64,000 bases of DNA from Eledone cirrhosa (Eukaryota). Under the pieces are notes generated by a model, which had not been told where the DNA came from, did not search any database, and saw only the letters and a program-made list of their open reading frames with translations. Positions 43,552-53,997 of the stretch are shown here, piece after piece. Positions within the stretch are counted from its first letter, which is position 1; each line of letters opens with the position of its first letter. The translations under genes were made by a program, and so were the position numbers. The DNA lies in assembly GCA_964016885.1 (NCBI GenBank), contig OZ024743.1, positions 91,636,001-91,700,000 of the forward strand, written 5' to 3'.

Positions 43552-43762
43552 GAAGCTGGATTGGCAGAATCGGAAGAGCGCCGGACAACAAGCCTAGCGG
43601 CATATAGTTACGGTCCTTTATGTTCTAAATTCAACCCCCGCCCCCTCGAGATTAACTTTGCTTTTCATCTGCACGATGTTGGTAAAATAAAGCATCAGTA
43701 ACATACTGGGATTGGTTTAATCGGCTTTCCCCTTCTCTGTGCCAAATGTAGAAACAATTATA
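43552..43762 (+). mobile_element. Major-family SINE, degenerate
   Basis: ggattggcagaatcgg...aactttgcttttcatc...gtagaaacaatt. Confidence 0.7.
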
Positions 43763-43770
43763 CTATAACA

Positions 43771-43864
<94 letters not shown>

Positions 43865-44169
43865 TTGCAGTAAGGCTGCTAGGATGCGTCCATAGGTGGT
43901 ATACCAGTTGAGCACTCTATGCTCCTTCGGAGCAGAGTATAATAATAATAATATGGAAAACGAAGAATCAGTGAGGCATCGGAACACAGTTTATTACGTA
44001 TTACAATCGTTTCATCGGCGAACAGCTCGAGGTGCGATCTATTTGTGGATCGAAACTGACTCTGGATTCGCAAGTTCCTTACATACGTCTAGTGATTTCG
44101 AAGCAAATCCTCTTTCTGTTCGCCGGAGAAGCAATTGTAATGCGTAATAAACTGTGTTCCGATGCATCA

Positions 44170-44251
<82 letters not shown>

Positions 44252-44379
44252 CGTGTGTGTGTATGTGTGTGAGTGTGTGTGTGCGCGTGTGAGTGTGTTT
44301 GTGTGTGTTTGTGTTTGTGTTTGTGTGTATTAATTAGGTGTGTAGAAACAGTGTAGATGTGCCTTTGCAATATAAGCTC

Positions 44380-44476
44380 GCATATCTGACGAGATGTCGA
44401 AAAAGAGTCCGGTTGCATCGTCTTGATTGCACCCTGAACTGATCGATATCTCGATATCGAAACAATTATAATATGC
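44380..44476 (+). ncRNA. Type I hammerhead motif with long stem II (one stem III mismatch)
   Basis: GCATAT-CTGACGA-GATGTCGA...TCGATATC-GAAAC-AATT-ATA-ATATGC. 6-bp stem I, 8-bp stem II, palindromic loop 3. Confidence 0.72.
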
Positions 44477-44507
44477 TGCAATACTGACTTCGACTCTTTT
44501 AAATCTC

Positions 44508-44575
<68 letters not shown>

Positions 44576-44907
44576 AGATATATACATACATACATACATA
44601 CATAAAATCATACATACAAACAAACATACATACATAAAGTCATACATACATACATACATACATACAAACATATATAGAAAATATTTGATCTTTCATTCCA
44701 CTTTCAGCTATACCAATCTATAATGTTGCTGTTAATGTTTGAATTTGTTGTGTCGCTCTTTTAATTATTCATTCAACGATACAAACATATTCACGGATCT
44801 GATGAGTGCTCAATGCCGTCTTATGGTTTAAATATTCATAATTATGGCTAAATGGAGTCTTGTTCTAAAGTAGAAACAAAGAGGACAAAGTTAATATATA
44901 TGTATGC

Positions 44908-44960
<53 letters not shown>

Positions 44961-45050
44961 TATATATATATTTGTGTGTGTGTGTGTGCGTGTGAGAGAG
45001 AGAGTGTGTATGTGTATTCAAAATAGGGAGCGCAAAGGACAAAGACACAG

Positions 45051-45100
<50 letters not shown>

Positions 45101-45172
45101 TTAGAGAGAGTGTGTGTGTGTTATTGAGAGAAAGATAAAGAGAGATTTCTTTATTTGCCACAAGGGCGCTAT

Positions 45173-45362
45173 ATTGTTTCTACTTTTTTGGCACAAGGTC
45201 AGCAATTACTCCAATGCATTACTGGTACTTTAATTATCGACCCCGTCAGGCTGAAAGGCAAAGTTAACCTAGGTGGAATTTGACCCCAGAACGTAAAGGG
45301 CCATAACTCTATGTTGCAAAGCATGGTGTCTGGCGCTCTCCCGATACTACCAAACCGCCGCC
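45173..45362 (-). mobile_element. Major-family SINE (short subfamily)
   Basis: Reverse-complement match to 29691-29874. Confidence 0.82.
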
Positions 45363-45492
45363 CTTAGATAGAGATCAGTGTGTACACGAAATTAGAAATG
45401 TGTGCCTCCGGACGCAACTGACCATAAAAATCTCTATAAATAATAGTTGAGAAAAATCGTGTAAAGTACCCTTGAAGAGGATAAATGTGGAC

Positions 45493-46652
45493 AGAGGTGC
45501 CTGCTATTTATAATTGTTTCTACTTTTGGCACAAGGCCAGCAATTACCCAGAGGTGCCTGCTATTTATAATTGTTTCTACTTTTGGCACAAGGCCAGCAA
45601 TTACCCAGAGGTGCCTGCTATTTATAATTGTTTCTATTTTTGGCACAAGGCCAGCAATTACCCAGAGGTGCCTGGTATTTATAATTGTTTCTACTTTTGG
45701 CACAAGGCCAGCAATTACCCAGAGGTGCCTGCTATTTATAATTGTTTCTACTTTTGGCACAAGGCCAGCAATTACCCAGAGGTGCCTGCTATTTATAATT
45801 GTTTCTACTTTTGGCACAAGGCCAGCAATTACCCAGAGGTGCCTGCTATTTATAATTGTTTCTACTTTTGGCACAAGGCCAGCAATTACCCAGAGGTGCC
45901 TGCTATTTATAATTGTTTCTACTTTTGGCACAAGGCCAGCAATTACCCAGAGGTGCCTGCTATTTATAATTGTTTCTATTTTTGGCACAAGGCCAGCAAT
46001 TACCCAGAGGTGCCTGCTATTTATAATTGTTTCTACTTTTGGCACAAGGCCAGCAATTACCCAGAGGTGCCTGCTATTTATAATTGTTTCTACTTTTGGC
46101 ACAAGGCCAGCAATTACCCAGAGGTGCCTGCTATTTATAATTGTTTCTACTTTTGGCACAAGGCCAGCAATTACCCAGAGGTGCCTGCTATTTATAATTG
46201 TTTCTACTTTTGGCACAAGCCCAGCAATTACCCAGAGGTGCCTGCTATTTATAATTGTTTCTACTTTTGGCACAAGGCCAGCAATTACCCAGAGGTGCCT
46301 GCTATTTATAATTGTTTCTACTTTTGGCACAAGGCCAGCAATTACCCAGAGGTGCCTGCTATTTATAATTGTTTCTACTTTTGGCACAAGCCCAGCAATT
46401 ACCCAGAGGTGCCTGCTATTTATAATTGTTTCTACTTTTGGCACAAGGCCAGCAATTACCCAGAGGTGCCTGCTATTTATAATTGTTTCTACTTTTGGCA
46501 CAAGGCCAGCAATTACCCAGAGGAGCCTGCTATTTATAATTGTTTCTACTTTTGGCACAAGGCCAGCAATTACCCAGAGGTGCCTGCTATTTATAATTGT
46601 TTCTACTTTTGGCACAAGGCCAGCAATTACCCAGAGGTGCCTGCTATTTATA
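45493..46652. repeat. 57-bp tandem satellite, 20 units plus 20 bp, near-identical units
   Basis: AGAGGTGCCTGCTATTTATAATTGTTTCTACTTTTGGCACAAGGCCAGCAATTACCC; unit starts 45493 and 46633 are 20x57 apart. Confidence 0.97.
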
Positions 46653-46767
46653 ACGATCACCTATTATTGAGATCGTTCGCGTTGTGACGCAACATTTTAA
46701 ATTTCAAATTTTCCTGATGTTTCTTCAGTTTATATATACATATATGTGTGTACATATATATATATAC

Positions 46768-46863
<96 letters not shown>

Positions 46864-46865
46864 GA

Positions 46866-46899
<34 letters not shown>

Positions 46900-46906
46900 A
46901 CTCTCT

Positions 46907-46948
<42 letters not shown>

Positions 46949-47132
46949 AATAAAATCAGAATTTTATTTCTCGCCCTAGCACAGCTGATACATAAATGTA
47001 AGTATGGCCACGTACACACACATATATGTTCGGCAAGGCCAGCCGTAACTCGCTCGGTATGCAAATAAGGCAACTCAGCCAAAGTGTAGTTAAGAAAATA
47101 CTATATATTTTCAATCGTTCAATAGATTGGCG

Positions 47133-47187
47133 GAGGTATACTGTCCCGATGAAGGGTTATGACCAAGAAACATGTTGACTGTTCCTC
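47133..47187 (+). ncRNA. Minimal hammerhead motif (U4C variant)
   Basis: GAGG..GTC-CCGATGA-aggGGTtatgACCaa-like stem II-GAAAC-AT-GTT-GAC..CCTC. Palindromic ACATGT stem III. Confidence 0.6.
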
Positions 47188-47556
47188 AAAGCCAGTGTTG
47201 AACAAACAGGTGACGATCGGTCACCGGCACGGCACAGCCTCAAATCGGGCCGTTTGTTTACAAACGAATCGAACATTATCAATGTTTGATATAACTCAAA
47301 GTTACTCATGTATATGTATATATGTGTATATATGTGTATATATTTATTTACGTAATTTAGGAGGGTATGTGCATAAACACTTACTCACCGTACTGTATTA
47401 TTGCAGTAAGTGTGTGTACGTGTGCATACTTACATTTATACATACACACACACAACACATATATATATATATATATATACATCCGCTAGGTGAAACGTGT
47501 CTTCGAATATTGTTTTCCGAATTTGTTGTCGAACAAATACACACGCAAACAAATAT

Positions 47557-47633
<77 letters not shown>

Positions 47634-48281
47634 TATGTATATATATAATATATATATATAATATATATATGTATATATATATAGGTATGTATGTATGTAT
47701 GTATGTATGTATGTATGTATGTATGTATGTAGGTATGTATGTATGTATGTATGTATATATATATATATATATTGTAAATCTTCTTTGCCAAGCTCGTTTC
47801 CACACAATTTAACTATTAACAGAAAGAAAACCACGCTATTGCCAAAGAAAACCAAATTAAAATTACAATAAACACAAGTCAACAAAACATCCGAATATCA
47901 AAGCCTAATTTGATATGCTTGATTTCAATAAACAACAGTCTGCTAATTTACATAATCCAAGCAAGTAAAATTCTTCCCTCAAGTGGGTTAATTGTGCATG
48001 CATTTATCGTTTCTCTCCTACCACCCTTCTATTCTACCCCTCCTAACTTCGGTTCTTCCCCTCCAGCGACGACTGTAACTTTTCTCTTTTCAAGTGTGTG
48101 CTATATTAGATCTGAACAAAACCTCACAACCATAATTTCAATTCAAACACAGAACACATCCATCACACTATTTGTCTTTTTTGTTTTGTCATACATTTTC
48201 TTTGTTTTTGTTTTGTTTTTCTTCTTGAATTCTTTGTCTCTTTCCCACTCTTTCTTTCTCTTTCTCTCTCATTCTCTCTCA

Positions 48282-48360
<79 letters not shown>

Positions 48361-48383
48361 ATCTGTGTGTGTGAGTCTGTCTC

Positions 48384-48423
<40 letters not shown>

Positions 48424-48535
48424 AGAGAAAGTAATTTTTTTCTAAATTCTACGCGAGTTAAAATATAGGAAAAAGAAGTTGAAAATGCAAAAGGACTCCA
48501 ATTGCGTTTTTGTTCAAAGGTAGCAAAAGGATCAT

Positions 48536-48725
48536 AATTGTTTCTACTTCTTTTGGCACAAGGCCAGCAATTATCCTAGAGCATTACAGGTACTTTATTT
48601 TATCGACCCCCGTAAGGATGAAAGGCAAAGTTAACCTCGGCGGGATTTGAACTCAGATCATAAAGGGAGGTAATTCTATGCTTCAAAGCGTGGCGTCCGA
48701 CCCTCTACCGATACTGCCAATCCAC
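48536..48725 (-). mobile_element. Major-family SINE (short subfamily)
   Basis: Reverse-complement match to 29691-29874. Confidence 0.85.
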
Positions 48726-48915
48726 TTATAATGAAAATAAAAGCAACGCTCGCCTCTTCAGCCACCGTCTAAAGGTTAGTAACAACCTGGTTTCGATATC
48801 CTACATTCTGTGACCTCAGTAACGAGCATTGTTTTACGCCTGCCCATGTCTCATATGGGTTTTTCTCCTCGTTGTGCTCATTTTGATATATATGATGTAT
48901 GTATGTATGTATGTA

Positions 48916-51900
48916 TTATCTCTTTCTCTTAATTTCGAGTATATTTTTTTTGACCGGCCACCTTCCTGGTGCCAAGGTTGTAAAAGAAAAGAAATTGTCA
49001 TCCCTTGAATCGCAAGAATGTTTTGCAAATTTTGAAGGTGTCAGCTATCGCAACCATTTGCAGACTATGAATTAGGGAGCTGCGCTCTTTGTCTGCAAAT
49101 CCAAGTTCAGTCATACTTTGGTCCAAGCGGGTTGGAATATAACCCGTAGCTCCAATAATGATGGGTATGAAGCTAAAGGTGTATCTTGGATACTGGATTT
49201 GTAACCTCCTCATCAATGGTCCGTAGATGTCCTCCTTCTCCTGTATTTTTCTGACAACGTTTACATCAAGTGGGCAGCTGATCTCCACAACAGAACACGT
49301 TTTCAATGTGTGGTCCCAAACTACAATATCAGGCCGGTTGTGCTTTAATTTGGTGGCAGTTTTTATTTTCAGATTCCACCAGTATTCCTTAGTGCCATCT
49401 GTCTCAATATATTCTTCCTCGTTTGTTGTTAATTTTGTTTTCCGAAGTGCGTTCCAGATGGTTCTAGCTATCCCATCGTGTCTCATGGGGAGGTAGTAGC
49501 GAGATGACATTCTTTCGCAGCTGGCAACAATGTGGCTTACATCCTCGATCTTTGTTTTACATAGCCTACATTTATTGTCAGCTGATAGCCCTCCCCTTTT
49601 GTGCAGCAGATATTTGGTAGGGAGTTCTTGTTCCTGTATTGCATAGAGATATCCCTCAAGGTGTGATGTCATAAACTTGTCGGAACTCCATGCCAGGCTT
49701 TTTGAGTGGTTTATCCCCTCTATGGTTTGTGTTTTACGTCTCAAGTATCCATACACAACTTTTTCTGTAAATTGGTCAATTTTTTCATCTTGTTTGAACA
49801 TTGAATAGGATCTTCCCATTTCTCTGGGTGAGAGATTTATATCAGGCTTTATTCCATATCTCTCCTCCAGATCAGTCGCTATTCTAATGATATTTTTATT
49901 TTCATACTCATAAACCTGGGCAAGATGGTTGCCAACCTTTTTCCTCTGTTGAAGATGTTGCTTCAGTGTTACTATCCGGGTCTCATATGATGTTAATATG
50001 GATATTAAAACCCGACCACCTTCCTTGCGTGAGAAGTATAGCCTATCCACATCACCATTGATGTTAAAGTTCCCAGTAACACTGAGAAGTTTTCGAGTTC
50101 TAACATCCATCTCTTAGTTCTTGCAATGACCAGTTCAGCAGGCCAAATGTTGGCGTTAGAATTAGCACAGCATAAGTATTGAGGGCAATGTATTTGTTGT
50201 ACGCTGACAGTTCTGATGACCATATTTTCTTTACTCTTCTGAGGTATTCAGTTATGATTCTCTCCTTATTTATGGGTCCATCATATCTGACATTCTCATC
50301 CTGTCCAAGATATCTGTAGTTGTCACCTGACTGTAGAGGTTGTATTGTCAGGCCGTTCATATCTAGATTTCTAGAGGGCACAGCTCTTCCACGTTTTTCT
50401 GCCAAATATGCACACTTGGACTCACCAAATTTCATTTTGATGTCTGTTGAAAATTGTGTAATGAGGTCCAATTGTTTCTTGATGTCATTGATATTTGGCC
50501 CATACAACTTCAGGTCATCAACAAAGAAAAGATGGGAGATACTTCTGGACCCACTTCTTTGTCCACCTTGTTTCCTGAGTAGGTAAGATAGTGGATTTAG
50601 TGAGAGAACGAAGAGTAGCACTGACAAGCTATCACCCTGAAAGATGCCCTTCTGGTAATGTATCTTATCAGTCTTACCTTGCTCCTTCTCACCTCTAAGG
50701 ATCAAATTGGTGTACCAGTTCTTGGTCAGACGTTCAACAGCAGCTACCAGTGGTTGTGTGACTTTGGCTAACTGTAAAGCCTTAACAATCCACCCATGAG
50801 GTACACTATCAAATGCTTTTTGATAGTCCAGCCACACCACAGTCATGTTTCTGCGATTCTTTGTTGTTTTTTCTTGAATCATTTTATTAGTTAGTAGGTG
50901 ATCTATGCAACCCCACACCTCCCTCTTTCCACCGGCTTGCTCAGGTGTTATGATGTTGTTGGTAGCACAGTGATCCTGTAAGAACAGGTTAAGGCACCCA
51001 GTATATAATTTATTCATGATGTTTTGGCAGGCTATTGGGCGGTAATTTTTAGCAAGGGTGGTTTGGCTATTTTGGGGAGTGAGTAGAGTAGTGGCAGTTG
51101 ATAACCATCTGGGCAGTTCTTGTGTGCCTTTAATGGTTTCTGTAAACAGCCGTATGAGATCTTGCCGATAGAAAGTGAAATTCTTCAACCAGTATCCTGT
51201 AATGAGGTCTGGGCCTGGTGATTTCCTATTCGACATTTTCTGTAGAGCTGTTTCCAGTATTGACTCATCTATGTCATATTGTTTTGTCTGGACATGTTGG
51301 CAGTAGTCCTGTTTCAGTTCTTTTAGCCAATTAGTTTGTCAGTTGAATCCGTCATCCGTTTCCCATACATATCTCCAGTAGCTCTCAACCTGTTCTTTTG
51401 AAGGGGTGTCATTTACAGAGATTGAGCTTTTGTCACCGAAGCTGCGATAAACTGATTTAGGATCTCTGGCAAACAAGATTATGAGCTGTTGACTTATATT
51501 TTAGTCTTTCTGTTGTAGCTGTGAGTTGCTGTTTCAACTGGTGTAATTTGGAGTTTAAAGTTTTAAATTTTGTATCTCCAAATCGTCTCTCTAACTTTTT
51601 TTTAGGTCTTCCTGGTGTCGTGTGAAGTTGCTCTCTATGTTGCATTTCATAATGACTGCGATGTGTGAGATACTTCGTCTCAGGGACAAAATTTTGCTTT
51701 TTAAATTTCGCATCCACGCTGGTTCGGGCGTTTTGTTTGAATCTTGATTGCGTGGTTTTAGATGTTTGTTATATGATAGCAATGTGACAGCTGAAACATA
51801 TAACAAAATATTAAGCGTTTCAAATGTCGTTTCTATACCTATAGCCTTCAGATAATTGTCAGCTATTTCGTTCACCGCTTCCAATTCCAATTTAGTGGGT

Positions 51901-53106
51901 TCTTTACTGATTCTGGTGTTGTATGGTCTGTCTCACATTAAGGCTGTGTATCTCTTGAAACATATCGTCCCATATCACTTGTAAGGTGTCCACAAGTTTT
52001 TGATGTTCTGTTTGTACAGTAGAGTCATGAATTTCAGCCTCGTTGTTGATGTGGTGACAATTACTACTAGAGTTAGCTGACCATTCTCGCTGTTCTTCAG
52101 TGGAAGTGGGATGGATTTCAGCAAAATTGTTGGTGAGCTGTTCACTGTTAGATTTAGCTGGCCATTCTCTTTGTCTGTCAGTAGAGGTGGGGTGGTTGTC
52201 TACAAGGGCTGTACTTGTAGTATCACTCAATTCCGTTAGATGTATCAATTTACATCTAATGATACGTTTTGCCTGTTCATTTAAATGCTTTGGAGAAAAG
52301 TCTAATTCTGGGTGTTTGGAGTTCCATAAAGTCTTTAGCCTTTGCATAAAACCGAACTTTTGGGGTTCATATTGTTTGTATGCTTCATATAATTCTTTGC
52401 TAAGCTCGTAGCTCCACTGTATACAACGGTTGTAGTTGCGATTTTGTCGAAGGAGACTTGTACTTTTTGCCATGATGAGTTCATCTATTCACTAATATTT
52501 TGCATTTATTTTTCAAAATAGTCAATGAACTTCTTTAAAAGTTTCGACAAAGATCTGTCAGAATCAAATTTAAAGTTATTGACAGCTTGGGTAATATTTC
52601 TTTTCAGTTAGTTTTTAATTCTACAACTGTGTTTTAAACGTTGTTCTTGAATAGTTTGAATCGAGAACAAAAAGAACCGTTACTTAATGTATTTCTTTAT
52701 GAATGTAATATAATATAACAACGCTGTATTTATATGTTAAAGTTTATGTATCATTCATATAAATAAGTGTTCTACAACTTATTCACAACATATTCACAGT
52801 TCAAACACTTATGTTTTTGTTTCTGAATCGAAAACGTTACTTGCATATTTCTTTATAAATGTAATATAACAACGTTGCATTTATATGTTAAAGTGTATGT
52901 ATCGTTCATATATCATAAGTGTATGTATCGTTCATATAAATAGGTGTTTTACAAAACACTTACAGTTCAAACACTTATGTAGAATTATTGTATGTAATCT
53001 TACCGCGTAATGTAGCTCAACATTTTCCAATATATGGTATGTTGCCTTCATGTAAGCCGTAATTACACACGTCCGATTATCGGACACTGACCTTAACGGT
53101 CGCCAT

Positions 53107-53107
<1 letters not shown>
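48916..53107 (-). mobile_element. Near full-length R4/Dong-like RLE non-LTR retrotransposon with frameshifted ORF
   Basis: ORF pieces 52473-51904, 51890-51591, 51236-50100 (RT: NYRPIAC, WLDYQKAFDSVPH, GIFQGDSLS, HLFFVDDLKLY) and 50110-48998 (CCHC CRLCKTKIEDVSHIVASC; RLE RPDIVVWD..VEIS..K..Y). (TATG)n on both flanks. Confidence 0.93.
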
Positions 53108-53138
<31 letters not shown>

Positions 53139-53180
53139 TGTATGTATGTATGTATGTATGTATGTATGTATGTATGTATG

Positions 53181-53722
53181 TTATGTCGGGTCACTCTTGA
53201 GTGCTACTGGTAACATGTAACCCGGTACAACCTGTCGCATGGTCGGGTCGTCAGCGACTAAACCGGCAACCCCACCAAGTTTACTTTGTGAGGAGTTTGA
53301 TTTTGGACACCCTGAAGGACAAAAAACAAAACCTGACAAAGAGCGGAAGAACTCATAAGAGTCAACGGCCATCCGAAAGTGTGTAAATATATATATACTC
53401 ATGTAACGCGCGGTTAAACCACTGGGGGTAAAGGACCCCTAGTCTTTGTCAGGGCATTCTTCTAGGAGAAGGCAACTCATGAAATTGGGATAACTCCGAC
53501 ATAAAACCTGCGGCTCAGTAGTTACCGATGATGTTGATCTTTTCTTCTTTTCGGGTTATAGCTACTGTCGCTCAGTGAGTGGGATTGGCTCAGTGCACAG
53601 TCTTTCCTCACTTTAAAAAATATCTTCACGCACAGGCATTGCAGGATAGAATTAATTAATAATTATTAATAATGGTATATCGTGCAATGGCTATACTCGA
53701 TAACGAGGGGACAGCCATCATG
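53181..53722 (+). mobile_element. RTE-related non-autonomous element (SINE-like) with (ATGT)n tail
   Basis: 3' end gtgcaatggctatactcgataacgaggggacagccatc-(ATGT)n is nearly identical to the RTE 3' end at 56142-56181; RTE 5'-UTR-like tctaggagaaggcaactc. Confidence 0.75.
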
Positions 53723-53871
53723 TATGTATGTATGTATGTATGTATGTATGTATGTATGCATGTATGTATGTATGTATGTTAGTGTATCTTAATGTGTAGT
53801 GTATGTATGAATGTATGTTAGTGTATGTTAGTGTAGTTTATGTGTGTATGTATGTATGTATGTATGTATGT

Positions 53872-53997
53872 TTGCAACAAGAGCGGTCCTTCGTTCAGGA
53901 CGCCCCAAGGAATCCATGTCAAGCAGCGTCCGTACGTTCCAGCAGCCAAGACTAAATGCCTTGTTTGGCTCTATTACAATGGCACGATGTCGAGCGG
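53872..53997 (-). pseudogene. Inverted N-terminal APE endonuclease fragment of the RTE element
   Basis: AFSLGCWNVRTLLDMDSLGRPERRTALVA is the typical start of the RTE/BovB APE domain (WNVRTL, RRTAL). Confidence 0.85.

Noticed and set aside
44795-44845. CTGATGAG as a hammerhead core
   Set aside because: No downstream GAAA/stem III or stem I partner found.
45434-46687. 400-aa and 408-aa repeat ORFs on both strands; superficially CRISPR-like array
   Set aside because: The 57-bp unit is a multiple of 3 and happens to lack stops in those frames. Units are contiguous with no unique spacers, derive from a SINE end, and there are no cas genes.
48781-48823. Minus-strand CTGAGGTCACAGAATGT...GAAAC-CAG-GTT, similar to the 369-411 motif
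   Set aside because: Core has a 3-nt deletion and stems do not close; at most a dead relative, so not listed as a feature.
53040-53108. HDV-like ribozyme at the 5' end of the R4/Dong element
   Set aside because: Two small hairpins are visible, but I could not assemble a P1/P2/P3/P1.1 pseudoknot by eye.
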